Origin: the human T2T-CHM13v2.0 reference genome, Homo sapiens
Length of the DNA stretch: 64,000 nucleotides
Direction: 5' to 3' (one strand)
Assembly: GCF_009914755.1 (NCBI RefSeq)
Contig: NC_060926.1
The position numbers were made by a program, and so were the translations under genes. Positions 26,770-42,060 of this stretch are shown here, piece by piece; position 1 is the stretch's first letter, and every line of letters starts with the position of its first letter. The notes beneath the pieces are model-generated. The model ran no database searches. It was not told the DNA's origin and was given only the letters and a program-made list of their open reading frames with translations.

Positions 26770-26965
26770 GCGTGAACTTAGGAGCCAGCAGGTCAAGCCA
26801 TGGCACTCAGTAGTTGGATAAACTTGGGCACATTACCTAACCTTCTGAACTGTAAAATGGAGCTAAAGATAAAACTCCTTCCAAAGAGTTGTTATGACAA
26901 TTAAATGCAATGTTTTATATGAAGTCCTTAGTACAACTACATGCAGGAAGGATTTGCTCAAGTTT
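26770..26965 (+). mobile_element. MIR
   Basis: CTTGGGCACATTACCTAACCT...CTGTAAAATGGAG.TAA...GTTGTTATGACAATTAAATG. Confidence 0.7.
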
Positions 26966-27778
26966 TATGGCTCTTATTATTGAAAACAAAGCATATCAAA
27001 AACAAAACCCTTTACCTATTTAATCTGGAGTCAATATTCTGCACAAAATGACACTTTTATAATTAGTTGCTATGATTATTCACAAAGCATTGAATAAGAA
27101 CTAGTAGCTAAAATAGGCCAGTGTTAACAAGATTGACTTGGTGAGCTTAGAAAATACAGAAGATCTACCTCAGGGAATTCATACACTCCTTCATTTTCCA
27201 TGGCTTATTGAATCCAGGTAATCAGGTAGAGGAGTTTTGCTGTTGTTACTGCTGCTCTTTGGCTTTTTAATAATGAAAGACTGAGGCAAATGATGCAGAT
27301 CAGCAAGGGTCGCAAACATGCAGCAATTTTTTCCTGAATCCACATTTCGAAGGGGTGGCTTGTTGCTCATAAAGTTAGCTACAAACCGTGCAGGAAGTCA
27401 AGTCATTAAAAGGAATATGTGAAAACAGCTGTGAAATTTTTCATCTTTTTCAAATAAGGATCTGGGCATGAAGAAGAAAACATTGGACGAGTCACGCATC
27501 CTGAGCTTAGGTGAGACACATGGGACCTTTCATCTCCTGCTCATACGGGGTGGCTGGCGGTGGCCAGAGTGTCCACGAGCCTTTGGCACTTGCAGCTGTT
27601 CTTGGACCACAGTGAAATCAGATCCAAGGCTCAGGGCGGTTCTAGGGAACAGGTGTCTGCATGGCCCACGTTAAGTGCATTTTGTGAGGGACATGTAATC
27701 CCAGTGACTAGGTGGTCTAAACGATGGAATTACTCTGGGGCCCTCTGAAATCAATTTGTTAATCCACATGGTCACTAA

Positions 27779-27782
27779 TTCT

Positions 27783-27837
<55 letters not shown>

Positions 27838-28020
27838 CTCTTTCTTTCCTTCTTTCTTTCTCTTTCTTTCTTTTTCTTCTCCCTCTTTCTTTGTCTTCCT
27901 CCTTCATTCCTTTCTTCCTTCCTTCCTTCCCCCCTCCCTTCCTCCCTTCCTCCCTTCCTCTCTTCCTCCCTCCCTTTCTTCCTTCTTTTTTCATTTCTTT
28001 TTCACTTATTCCTTTTTCCC
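27779..28020 (+). repeat. (TTTC)n microsatellite grading into CT-rich low complexity
   Basis: Directly visible; about 14 perfect TTTC units, then TTCC/CCCT variants. Confidence 0.95.
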
Positions 28021-28148
28021 ATCCATGCCCTGTGTCATTCAGAGAATATCCTTGAGCACCTATTATACTTCCAGGGCTGTGAAGAGCAATTTTATAGATT
28101 CTCTTGGGCTAGAATTGGGGAAAATATTACAAGATTCTAAAAATAGCT

Positions 28149-28202
28149 CTGTGTGCATGTGTGTGTGCATATGTGTGTGTGCGCGTGGGTGTGTGTGTGT
28201 GT
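28149..28202 (+). repeat. Imperfect (TG)n
   Basis: Directly visible alternating purine-pyrimidine tract. Confidence 0.85.
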
Positions 28203-31142
28203 CATGAGCAGGAAAGAACTCGTTTAGTTGGAATAAGATATTGGAAAGGAATGGACATTTTTAGATTGGTTCAGAGCAATTATAAAAGGTCTTATAGCTT
28301 GAGGCTGATGATATCAGAGTCAACACAAAACGTTCTTAATTACAGGCTGGTTTCTGCATTCTTTGAAAAGTGGAAGATTATACTTAGTATTTCTCTAGTG
28401 TGTGGACAGAGCACTCATTCCTGTTCTTGGCCATTTACTCTGTTCTTGTTCACAGGTTTACCTGGCGAGGCAGGAATTTTCCTTCCAACATCTCTTCATA
28501 GATATAGGTGTACACAAAGTTTCCAGATAATTTGAGGCGTGCTTTTTATACCCACTTTTATACCCATGGCTGTCACTGTTATAGAAACTGTGTCCCTCAT
28601 GCTGCAGTATCTCAGAAACAGAGGCAGAATTTAATCATCTCATCCTCTGATGTGAAGGTCTGTATGGTTTAATATGCACACATCACAGATTTCAAAATTT
28701 GCTGCTGAAATTCAGTCTTCAGCAGAAACCTAGCTGTCTCTTTGACTTGAAATGTGTTGTAAAATGTATAATAAACATCTATTAAACAAACAAAAAAGAA
28801 ACTGTGGATAGCATACTCAGTACAGACCTTAAAAGTGAACTTCAGATGCATCAGTATTTTCCCCAAATGCTCCAGAAATTCTTGACCATAACCAATTAGA
28901 CTTTATTGAAATTCTATAGAGTATAACGCACTGTTCTACATCAAGGGCCAATTGCTACAAATAAGAAATGATTCTGGCATTTTTTTTCCACCTCTCTCTT
29001 AATCTTAGGTCACGGTGCCTCTATATTTTTGCACCAAATTTACTTTCCTCTGAAATCTGTCAAATGGAAATAAGACGCTGCGTGTTGCTCCGTAGAGTCT
29101 CACCTAAGGGATCTAGCCCCTATGTCTTTGTATTCAGAAACTGGGGTCACGTGGGGCCAAATGGAAATGAAAAGGGCTGGGAATATAAGCATGCTTAGAT
29201 GGAGACAGGCGACAGCCACTGGTGATGGACCCTTAAATTAGCAAAGTTCAATCCCACCCCAATTTTCTAAGAACTTACTGAGTACCTGGAGGAGCTGCCT
29301 TAGGAATGTATCTACAGCTAATGAAAGGTGACCCTTCCTGCGACTCTCCTGCCTCTTCAAACAAACAAGTTCTTCCCGCTGTAATTGGCCCATGTCTCCT
29401 GCCCTGTCCTTTGAACCTGCCACCATGCACTTTTGCCCCAGGGGATGTCAAGCTGGGTTTCAAATTTCTCTGGTATGCATTAGCTTTTCCTTTTATGATA
29501 AAAAGCTCAAACATCAGGACTCTTTGCTGGACAAAGCAGGGGAACTGTGGAGCCTGTTGTCCTTGAACTGAAGACGTCAGAGGGACCCTCACTGTGAGAT
29601 GGACCCATAGTCACATCCATGCCTGCTGGCTGGGGAGGCTGGGACATTGCTATGAGGGTCCATGCCCATACACCTTGTGAAGGGGAGAAAAGGCAGCATG
29701 GCTGCCCCCACCCTCTCCTTTCCTTTCCTTCCACACTACTTGCAGGGGAGAGGCTTTTTGGTAATACTGTGTTAACTAGCCAGAGACTTCATTAGAGTAA
29801 CAAGATATTGATTGAGTTTATTAAGCTATGAAAAGTGTTGAATAATAGCAAGAGACAGTGTTGTTTGTCTTAGAAGCTGGAAGAGCTAAAGCCTCAAGTA
29901 TGGGCCATCACCCTCCAAGATAGAGCCAGTGCCTGGAGCGGAAGGGGACAGGGAAGGTCCTGGGAACCCCAAGAAAGGAGGTGGAGAAAGGCACGGAGAG
30001 AACCCCAGGATCCATCTGGCAGAAGATCCCAGGAGAAAAAGCAGATTGTGAGTGATCTGCTAAGAGCCTGACATTTTTCTGATCATGAGGATTCCCTATG
30101 CAGCTTTCCAGGAGCCAGGGCCAGCTAAGGGTTAGACAAAACTTCTTCCTACAGTTGCAACTTGGAGGCTATTTTGAGAAGGAAATATTATATTGTTCCT
30201 AATTGTCCCTGAAAGCTAGTAGGTTAGAATGAACATTCTGCAAGGACTTCAGAACATAAAGCAGTGTGCACCTTAGGCTAGGGTGGTACCCACCTCCCTA
30301 CCCTACCAACGTGCTTCCAGACACACAGAGCAAATCAGTCATTGCAGTGAACGCCCAGGCTCAGAGGGCTGCAGGGAAGTGGGTGGGGACGGCCTGGATG
30401 GGAGCTGGCAAGGACACCTGCACTCCGTCAAAGAGGCCCCCAGCCACCCGAGGGGAAATCCAGTCTGCCGGCCCTATCTCATCCTGTCTTCCAGTCACCT
30501 GGCGAGGAAGAGGTCAGCCATGGGGAGAGTGATGGTGCCTCTGGAGCGGGGCCTTGACCTGCTGTCCAGATGGGTTTGCAGAGTCTCTGGCTGGAGGAAG
30601 GTGGCTGCCTCTCTGGCTGCCCTGATGTGCCTGCCAGGAAAAGGAAAGCCTGGTGTGTCCGGCCAGTTGTCCGGGCTGACCGAGGCTGCCGTGGACGACC
30701 TGCCCTCTGAGTTTCCTCTCTCCTTCTCTCCACCGCCTCTCCAGTGTGTGGTCCAGGCGGCTCTTGGCACCAGCTTGTGCCTCGGTCTGAAGACCTCACA
30801 GGCCCTCTGGGGATATCACTTTCCTCTTCTGCCCCAGCTCTGCATAACAAGGACCATGCAGAGTTCCTCCCTGTGATCTCATGACAACAAAATCAGATGC
30901 TCAGCCAATTCCATGGAAAAGCAGTCTGTCACATCCACCATTTTGCTTCATGCAGACCAACCACCCACTGCACCCATCTATTTTGGTGGTAATCCACATT
31001 GTATGATAACTGAGATCTATGTTTTTAGGCAGAGTGTAACTGCTATTTTATTAGGGGTTTTTAGCTCATCAAGATGGTGTTTGCAGAACCTAACAGAGCG
31101 ATAAATTTGTTTGTTTTAATCGTTTCCTTTTTTTTCCACCAG

Positions 31143-31229
31143 AGGTTAATTGTTTGGTATTCTTTGTTAAACTAACACTTTCGATGGGTTAAGAACCACT
31201 AAAGCCACTTAAATAAACAGACTGTTCAG
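31143..31229 (+). ncRNA. Candidate non-coding exon (87 nt)
   Basis: Acceptor TTTCCTTTTTTTTCCACCAG, donor CAG|GTAAGA; stop codons in all three frames; no transcript evidence. Confidence 0.3.
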
Positions 31230-32329
31230 GTAAGAACAGGAAAGCTAGCATAGACACAAGCTATTAACTGTCTGGATTGGGGCCTGGACTGTTAGTTAAT
31301 TAACATTCACAATGATGTGGATTCACTGGGAGATTTTTGAAATACCCATTAACTGCTTAAAAGAAAGTGTTGACTTTCTTTTTTAGGTAGAGGAAGAAAA
31401 TTCCCGAAATTTTATCTTTTTAAATTATTACAATAAGCCCTATTAAGTAATGTCATATTGCCCTTCAAAGGTACCACCTACTTTCATTGCTATTATTTTT
31501 AATTTAATGTTTCACATCAGGAAGAAACATCTATTTCTCTTGTCTCATTGTTGTTCATAGGTTTTTAGAATCTAGATTATTCGAGCTTCATAAAATGATT
31601 CAAAGGAATATTCCATTTGTTTCTATGCTCTAGAAGGAGTGTTATGTCATGGGAGTTATGTATGTCTTTTAGGAATACTTTTACAGTTAGAAAGTTGAAT
31701 AATAAAAATGGTAATTATAGTAGCAATATGAAGAATAATCTGGAATAGGGAGATGCTTACTAAATGCTGGGTTCTGCAGAAGCCGAATCTGAGGCGGAGT
31801 ATGGAGTGCAAGATATTTATTAAGGATTCACACGTATAAGAGTAAGGAGGAGGAAGCTGACGGGTAAATTGAACAGCATTGCAGACGCCCCGAAACCCTG
31901 GGCAGTCTGGCCTCGTTCTTCTAGTGAGTTTTGAAGTCAGTTATTGCAAATCCTCAATCTTTCTTCTTTTCTGAAATATTTTGCCTATTCTTTGGCATTT
32001 GAAATTTCATATGAATTTTGAAATAAGCCATTGACTTATTCAAAAACGTTCAGACAAAACCAGTCTGATTTTGATTGCTTTAAAGCTATAGAGTCGTGGG
32101 AGAGAAGAGATCTTAATCCTACTGAGTTTTACAAGCGAAAACATGTTCCGTCTCTTTTCATTTATTTGTCTTCTTTAATTTCTCTCAACAGTATTTTGTA
32201 ATTTTCATTGTACAACTCTTAAACACATTTTGTTAAATTTATTTCAAAGCATACTGTATTTTTGATGTTGTGATTATTATTTCTAAAATATTAATTTCTA
32301 GTTGTTTGTCACTAGTATACAGAAATATA

Positions 32330-32610
<281 letters not shown>

Positions 32611-34044
32611 CTCTTTATAAAATTGAATGTTGTATATTAGCCTTATGTTGTGCCAAGTGGCTAAACTCATTCATTAGTTCTAATGGCATTTGTTTGTTTT
32701 TTAAGATTCTTTAGAATTTTCCATATATATAATTACAGTTTACTTTTCTATGTATCTTCTCAATTCTTTTTTTTTTTTTTAAATCTTGCCATATTGCACT
32801 GGCTAGACCTTCGGTACAATGTTGAATAGAATTGGAGAAAGGGGTATCTTGTATTATTTCTCATCTAAGAAGAAATGCATTCAGAATGCTCACCACTAAG
32901 TGTGAAGTTAGCTATAAGTTTATTGTAGGTTTTCTTTATCAAGATTAAGACATTGTATTTTATTCCTAGTATGCTGAGAATTTTAAAATATGAATGGGAC
33001 TTAAATATTATCAAATGCTTTTTTATATTTATTGATATTGCAATATGGTTCTTATCTTTTATTTTGTTAATATAGTGAATTACTTTGATTTTCTTATATT
33101 CCTGGAATAAACTCCACTTGGTCATGATTTAAAAATATATATATATTGCTGCATGTTATTTCCTCATATGTTGTCAAGCATTTAGCATCTATGCTCATGA
33201 GGGGTATTGGTCTGTAGTTTTCTTTTCTTGTAATACTTTTGTTGAGTATTGACATAAGTTAATGCTGGCCTTATAAAATGAGTTTGTAAGTGTTCCCTCC
33301 TCATTCTATTGCCTGAAAGAGTTTGTGTAGGATTGGTATTATTTCTTCCTTAAATATTTCACAGAATTTAACAGTGGGATAACATGGGCCTGGTATTTCC
33401 TTTGTGAGTAACTTTTTAAATTATGAATTCACTTTCTTATTTGATATAGGGCTATTTACATGTTCTATTTCTTCTTGCAAATATTCTGTTAATTTGTGCC
33501 TTTCATTAAAGTTGTCTTTTTCATCAAGGTTGTTGAATTTGTTGACATAAAATTATTCAAATATTCTCTTATTAGACTTTTAACATCTGTAGGATCTGAA
33601 GTGATGTCTATTCCTTCATCTGTAATATTGCAAATTTGTGTCTTCTTTTAAAAAAAAAACTTGATCAGTCATGCTAGAGATGAGTAGTTTTATTAATCTT
33701 TTCAATAAGTCAGATATTGGTTTGTTAATTTTCTGTATTGTTTAACTGTTTTTATTAATTTCTCTATTGTTTAACTGTTTTCTATTTCACTGATTGTCAC
33801 TCTTATATATTATTTCTTCCCCTCTATTTCTTTCAGGTTTTGATTGTTCTTTTTCTAGTTGGAAGAAACTAGAACATATTGGAAGCTTGTGTGGTTGATT
33901 TTAATCCTTTCCATAAACATTTCCTGTATCACTGCTTTGGCTGTATGCCACAGATTTTACCAGATTACATTCTCATTTTAATTTAGTTCAAAATATATCA
34001 TGATTTCTTCTTTCACGCATGTGTTTTTTAGAAGTGTGTTGTTT

Positions 34045-34677
<633 letters not shown>

Positions 34678-35086
34678 GCATGCTGTTTCATTTCCAAACA
34701 TTTGGGGATTTTCCAGTTAAATTTCTGTTGTTGATTTCTAATTTAATTCCATTGTGGTTAAACAAACAAACTAATAAACCATTGTGATTTCAATATTTTA
34801 AAATGTGTTGACACTTATTTTATAAGCAAGTATATTGTCTATCATCGTGAATGTTCCACATGCATCTCAACAGCATGTGTGTTCTGAAGTTTTAAAATGT
34901 GTATAATATTCTATAAAGCTTAGTAAGGTCAAATTGTGTTTTCCAACTGTACCCCCATTGATTTTTTTATTTGTTCTATTATTTACTGAGAAATAGGGGT
35001 GATAAAAACTCCACATATACTTATAAAAATGCCTATTTTTCCTTTTAGTTCTGTCAGCTTTTCTTCAGGTGTTTGAAGTTCTGTTA

Positions 35087-35480
<394 letters not shown>

Positions 35481-35736
35481 TCATCCTGATTAAGTAAGCT
35501 CTTTATCATTATGAATTGGCCTCTTTTATCTCTGGTACTATTTGTTGTTCTGTTCTGACTTCTCCACTAACCTGTCTGTGTCTTTGTATTTTTGCATTTA
35601 AAGCTGCCCCTTTTTCTTTTTTCCTTTCTCTATCTCTCTTTTTCTTTTTTTTTTTTTTTGTAGGTAGCATATACCTGAGTCTTGTTTTGTTATCCAATAT
35701 CTGAAAATCTCTGTTTTTTAGTTGATATGTTTAGAT

Positions 35737-35944
35737 CAGCACTGTCTAATAGAACTTTTTGTGATGATGGAAATGTTCTCTGTCTACACTGTCCAGGCTG
35801 AGAGTCACTAACCACATGAGGTTGTTGAGCACTGGAGATGTTTCCAGTTTGCCTGAGGACTGAATTTTCCTTTTTAATTTTAACTAATTAATGTAAACTT
35901 AAATAATCACATGTGGTTAGTGACCAGCAGATGAGATAATGAAG
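35737..35944. mobile_element. MER3 hAT-Charlie DNA transposon
   Basis: CAGCACTGTCTAATAGAACTTT.TGTGATGATGGAAATGTTCT...CACATGTGGTTAGTG; 8-bp TSD GTTTAGAT/GTTTAGGT. Confidence 0.85.
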
Positions 35945-37354
35945 GTTTAGGTAATTTACATTCAACGTACTTATTGATATGTTTGGGTTTAAGCGTACCA
36001 TATTTCTATTTGTTTTCTATTTGTTAATCTGATATGTGTTGCTTTTTTTTTTGCTTGCCTTTTAAAATTAATTCTGAATTTTTTTGTGATTTCCTTTTGC
36101 ATTCACTATTTTATTATTTATTATATTATTTATTTGCGACTTTGCTTTTTTTGATTGCTCTAGTGTTTAAAATATGTATTTCTAACATCTCACAGTCTAC
36201 CTTCAAATAATGTATCATTTAAATATAATGTAAATACTTTATATCCAACTTTCCATCTTCTTGCTGTTGTTGTCATATATTTTATAGCTACATATATTAT
36301 AAACCAACAAAACAATATTATCACTTTTGCTTTAAATGTTCAACTGTTGGTAAAAAAAAAAAAATTAAAACTAGAGAAACCCCCAGTTTCCTATTTTGCA
36401 CATATTTTTCATGCTCTTCTTATATGGATGCAAGTTCCCATTTGAAATTATCATTCTTCTGCCTGGAAATTTTCCTTTAACATTTCTTGTGGTGAAGGTA
36501 TGTGCATCATAAATTATCTTTTATTGTTTGACTGATAAATCTTTAGGATAAAATCTGTAAAATTCTAAATCGACAGGTTGTCCTCTTCCAGTGCTTTAAG
36601 AATGTAATTCAATTGTCTTCTGGCTTACATAGTTTCTGGCAAAATGTCTGTTCTTTTGTTTGTAATGTGCCTTTTTGCCTCTGGCTACTTTTAAGATTTT
36701 CTCTTTATCACTAGTTTTTAGCAGTCTTATTATGATGTCCCGTGGTGGTTTTTGCATGTGTGTATTTATGCAGATTAGGGCTTATTGGTCTACTTGGATC
36801 TATGAATTGTAGTTATCAAATATTAAATAATTCTGGTGTTTTTTCAAATATAATTTCCCACTCCTCTCTTCTTTCTTTTTCTGACACATATCTTAGGTGG
36901 CTCGATGTTATCTAACAGGTCTCTCAGAATCTGGTCATTATTTTTCATTGTTTTTTCTCGGTATGCTTTATTTTGGACAGTTTCTGTTGCCATGTCTTTA
37001 TGTACACTGGTCTTTTACAGTCTCTAATATTATTTTAGCCCAAATCCGTGAAAGTTTATATTTTAGAGATATTTATCTCTGAAAGGCTTATATTTTTGTA
37101 TCTTTTATTTCTGTCCTCATTATATAAATGTTTTCCCTTCAATCACTGAACATGGTAAGTATATTTATAATAGCTATTTTAACGGCCCTTTTTGTTAATT
37201 TTGCCAGGTTAATCATATCTAGTTCTGTTTTTATTGACTAAGAGTGCTCCTTGTATGTGTTATATCTTCCTGTTTCTTAATGTGTCTGGTAATTTTTAAT
37301 CAGATACCAAACGTCAATTTTTTTAGTGCTGAAAGTTTTTTAAAGACTGCCAAG

Positions 37355-37506
37355 TGGGCCTGCAATCCGAGCAACTTGGGAGGCTGAGGCAGGTGAGTCG
37401 CTTGAACTGGGGAGGTGGAGGTTGCAGTGAGCTTAAGATTGCACCACTACACTCAAGCCTGGGTGACAGAGTGAGACTCTGTCGCAAAAACAACAACAAC
37501 AAAAAA
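37355..37506 (+). mobile_element. Alu right-arm fragment
   Basis: GGGCCTGCAATCC...GAGGTTGCAGTGAGC...GAGACTCTGTC plus (CAA)n tail. Confidence 0.85.
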
Positions 37507-37517
37507 CACTGCTAGGT

Positions 37518-37798
37518 GGCCAGACATGGTGACTCACGCCTATAATCCTAGCACTTTGGGAGGCTGAGGCAGGTGAATCACTTGAGGTCAGGCGTTTGAG
37601 ACCAGCCTCGCCAACATGGTTAAACACTGTCTCTACTAAAAATATAAAAATTAGCTGGGCATGGTGGCATGTGCCTGTAATCCCATCCACTAAGGAGGCT
37701 GAGTCAGGAGAATCACCTGAACCCAGGAGGCGGAGGTTTCAATGGGCTGGGATCACACCACTGCACTCGAGCCTGCGTAACAGAGCAAAACTCTTTCT

Positions 37799-37857
<59 letters not shown>
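37518..37857 (+). mobile_element. AluS with A tail followed by (TA)n
   Basis: Full dimeric Alu, ~30 A, then AT dinucleotide run. Confidence 0.93.
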
Positions 37858-37861
<4 letters not shown>

Positions 37862-40800
37862 TAGGCTTTGTTTTGGCAAATACTGCCGTTATTTGTGTAC
37901 TAATGCAATATTTTTGAGGCATATTTTTAATCATTTGGGGGGTTCTTTTAGGGTTAGTTTAGCCCAACTCCTATGGCATGACCTTTTTGGAAGCTCTAAT
38001 GAAGACTCTGTGTATTCAGTAAATTTCCTCCGCTCTGGCTGGTGGCAAGTGAAAGGCTTTTGGACCCTGTCTGGGTAATTCTGGGGATTGTTTGACACAG
38101 GGCTTCTTCGTACCTTTTCTGCACCTGGAAGCTTTCATCTAACCTCAGGGAAATTTACTCTATGTATGTGCAGACTCTTACTCATCCAGATCCTCAAAGG
38201 CATCCACACACCTGTGAAGATTTAGCTTCCTCTTCTTCGGTGTTCTGCTGTAAAAAGCCTTCAGTTTCCCCAAACTGTGATTTCCATCTCCTCAACTCAA
38301 CAATATGGACTTGCTGTTTTGCATTATTCTCCCTGTACTAAGGTCTGGAAGTTGCTTCTAGAAATAGCTGAGGAGACCTTGGACTCATCTTGTTTGCTTC
38401 CTTTTGCTTAGGGACCAAAGTTTTTGCACTTCCTATTTTCTGGTGTCCAAAATTGGTTGTTTCATACTTCAACTTTTTGCTTGTTTAAAACAGAACAAGT
38501 CTCAGCTATTTTAGTCCCTCATAGTCAGAAGCTATATTTAATTTTTATATGTAGATATAATAGTCATTTATACAATTTTGCACCTTTTTAAAAAAACTGA
38601 TCTAATCTTTTATCTTCGTTATGTACTTTATAGGCTTCCTGACTAGCATCTGGAGTGGCATTTTAATATAACCTCATGTATTTTTCTAGAGAGCGTTAAG
38701 ATTATTTCCAATGTTTCCAGACTTATGAAAAACATTTTGGGCTTAGGTGTCCTCCTGATGTCTTTGTCCTCATCTTATCTAATAATTTACTCCAGTTTTC
38801 CCCAATGTGAACTCCGCAAAAGAGAAGTCTATGTAGATGCTCTGTAAGAAGAGGGCTCGTGGTGGAGTAAGTATGGAACTGTTGCATGCTGGATCTTCTT
38901 GGAGAGTCATAATGCACCCTAGAATATTAAAGGCTTGAGAAATGTTTCATAAAGAAACCATATTTATCTTTTTTGTTTTAATTTTTTAAGGTTTCATTTA
39001 GTAGTTCTTGTTTTTTTCATTAAACAATACTTAATGCAGGGCTATTTTCAGTTTCAAACAGTAGAACCTGGAAGCCTGTGCTTTTGGCTCAGGGTCTTGG
39101 CCTGACCTGATGAAATTGTGGAGAACAGCCCGATAGAGTGCAGACTCTGGCCTCCTAGGTCCCCTCTGTGAGGCCTGTGTCCTAGATGCCTCTGCATCCC
39201 TGTCCTGAAGGGTAGAGTGGCTGAAAGGGAGTGTGGTGAGAGGCAGGCCAGGAGCTGCTGTTGGCTTTTGCTGCTGGACCCTCAGGGAGGGGGTCCTACA
39301 GAGGAAGCAGAGCCCAGGCCCATCCAGTGTTGGCTGCTGGCACTAAGGCAGGTGGCACATGCCATCACAGGTCACAGTTCTGCTACTAGATGCTCCTGGG
39401 GAAGGCTGCTGTGTGAGTTCTAATAATTCACGTGGAGACACATTTCATTTATGACCTGTCTCTACGTAGTCTCTGGCCCCCGTCATAGGGCTGGAGGGCA
39501 GTGTCAAGATGGGTTTACCCCAAAGACAGAGTTGTCCCATGGAGTTTTGTATCCACCCCAAGGGAAGATGTGGGTCTGTCAGTAGAGATGACATCCACCA
39601 CTACCACGGATAGGACCTGCCTGTCCTTGCTTGTGGGGACAGCTGGTGCAACTGTCCCAAGCCAACTAGGACAGGGGGTCACCCTCCACATTAGGAAGAA
39701 GCTACTCTTGTCCTGTGTGGAGCATGTACGGAGGACAGAGATTCGGGTAGAGAGGTGAGCAAGACTGCTAAAATTGTCCTGAAGAGAATTGATGAGGGCC
39801 AGAACGAAGCCAGTGCAGATGGAAAGAAGGCAAATTATTTAAGAATTTTTGAGAAAAGCTCAGCAGCACATCCAGCCCATTGACCTATTCTATTCTCCTC
39901 CAGGTATCCTATGCCTGGGCCTCAGTAGACTTTGAGGTTCACCAAAAGTACTGTGCTTTCCAGCCTTCCAGCCATGCTTGAAACACCATCCACCCTCTTC
40001 ACCCATGGTATAAGCTTGCTTTGACCATCTCTTCTGAGATGGCCTTTCTGAAGCTTAACACTCATGGGCACTCCCACTTCCTGGCTAATGAACGTTTTCC
40101 AAAACAATCAGTAAGTGTGCATGAGTAGCAGACTCCACCTGGTAGGATGGACTGTCAGCCTCTCAGCAGTGGCTGTGCCTGGACACGGCCACGGGTTCCC
40201 ACTGACAGGGAGTAGCCTCTTCATGCTCTCCCCTTTATAATCTTGTTTTTGCCTCTTACCATCTCCACTGATTTGTACTGTTTTACACCTTCTTGTGTAA
40301 ATAAGCCTAACAGAGAAGATGCTTAATAAATATTTGTTCAATAAATATAAAAATAAGCAAACCAATGTCAAGTCTGACGTTTGATTATGACATTTCTTAA
40401 CTGGATATGGCCAGCCGGTGAAATAGCTTCTCCTCTGTATCAGGTCATTGGGATGGTCTGTGAACAGGAACCCCATCTCCTTATATGCTCCTCCCATGCC
40501 TAGGGTGGTGCTGGAGTCATGGAGGAAAGCCCAGGCCTGTTGGTGAAGAGAAGGCAGTACTGCAGGGGCAGGTGGCGACTGCTGGTTCAGGTTGCCCTCA
40601 CTTGGAGCTCAAGTACATGGAGCTCTCTCATCATTTCCATAAATCTGTAATAAATCTGTAAGGCGCATGGGTTCTATTTTATGCTGCAGAGCTTAATCAT
40701 TACTGGACACGCCCATTTTCCTGGCCAATGAGTGTTTTCCAAAGCAATAAATAAAACGAATTGAGGAAATGGAGTCTTCACCGACTGAGCTGAACAGTCT

Positions 40801-41224
40801 ACCTGTTTGCACTGACTGTGGCTGGTGGTGTCCACAGGTCATGGTGGGCAGAATGGCAGCCGGGACGCCTCTGCTGTGTCCCCAGGTCCAGCATCTGGCT
40901 TGGCCTTTCTACTGGCTTTTGTTTTTCCATGGAATTTTGAAATTGTTTGCTGGAATTGGCTGCATTAATCAAACAGTTGTTTCTTAGAGATATTGTTTAT
41001 GTTTGCTGGAGCCACAGAGGGTTCTGTCGGCAGGAATTTTGCTGGCTGAAAGCAAACTCGGAGCCAGAAAGTGCGATGCCATTGGTTCCACTTTATCACC
41101 AAGCTCTGAAGACAAACTCTCACCTCTTCCAGATTTCCATTTGGTCTCGTGACAACGCAGGAGGAAAGAAGCTTGAGAGAATGTTAGGACATGGCGAGGG
41201 AGAGAATTCTGGGTCTCTAAGGTA

Positions 41225-41302
41225 TTAGGTTGGTGCAAAAGTAATTGCGGGTTTTGCCATTTTTTAATGCATTTTAGTGCAATTACTTTTGCACCAACCT
41301 AA
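41225..41302. mobile_element. MADE1 MITE (miR-548-type hairpin)
   Basis: TTAGGTTGGTGCAAAAGTAATTGC ... GCAATTACTTTTGCACCAACCTAA perfect 24-bp TIRs, TA TSDs. Confidence 0.95.
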
Positions 41303-41559
41303 TACAAGGAACAGCCGAGGAAAAGGCTGGTCTTGAGGCCCCATCCAGGGCCTAGGGCACCTTCTTCTACTAAGAAGGGAAGTTCACCCTCTTCCGAATC
41401 ATCACCCACCAAAGTTCAGGGAGCTTCCCCTCAGCCCAAGGACACAGTGACATTGTGTATAAGACCTGGGCAGTTTCCAACCAGGTTGGTGCACAGGACA
41501 CTGCTGGTTACTTGCTTATATTGTTCCCAAATATTGAATTCAACAAAGTAGTGTGGATA

Positions 41560-42060
41560 ATCCATCATAGCTTATTACTCAAGACTGTGTTCACTTTATT
41601 TTAAGACAGCATTCATTATTTCCCCAGAGAATAAAAGTAATATATGAGTCTTATAAAAAATATTAAAAATAGAAAAGTATAAAAATGAAAATAAAATTAC
41701 CTATAAACATACAATTCAGATATAGCTTCTGAGAATATTTTAATATTTTTCTTTTGCATTTTCATAGACTTTCCCCATGACCTTTAATATTCCATGAGAA
41801 TATAATTTTTATAGGTTCATAATACACTGTATTATGGTTGTACCATAAATTATTTGGCCATGCTTCTGCCATTGGTTATTTAAGTTGCTTGTACTTTTCT
41901 CACTGTTATAAGTAAGATTGTATTGAACATCCTCGTACATAAGTCTCAGGCCACATGTTTTATTTGCTTATTTTTTTCGGGACATATTTCTAGGGGTGAG
42001 GCTGCGTGGATCAAGGAATATTGGCTTTTTTTCTGGGATCTTAACACATAGTGCTAAAAA
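41560..42060 (-). mobile_element. Ancient L1ME-like 3' fragments
   Basis: ATTATGGTTGTACCATAAATTATTT...GGTTATTTAAGTTG...TGAACATCCTCGTACATAAGTCT typical of antisense L1ME 3' end. Confidence 0.55.

Noticed and set aside
27671-28055. K/E/R-rich and F/L/S-rich ORFs, also at 11354-11741, 34474-34734 and 60479-61067
   Set aside because: Translations of simple repeats and Alu tails.
30266-30876. 197-aa ORF and overlapping ORFs in GC-rich unique sequence
   Set aside because: Open frames on both strands are expected at this GC content; non-ATG start, no recognisable homology or clear splice signals.
32865-33125. Reverse-transcriptase-like peptide as an active retroelement
   Set aside because: Short decayed piece of an old L1 ORF2 with many stops, frameshifts and nested insertions.
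33724-33783. ~30-bp imperfect tandem duplication, and 11-12 bp duplications near 28545, 40639 and 62907
   Set aside because: Ordinary slippage events with no evident consequence.
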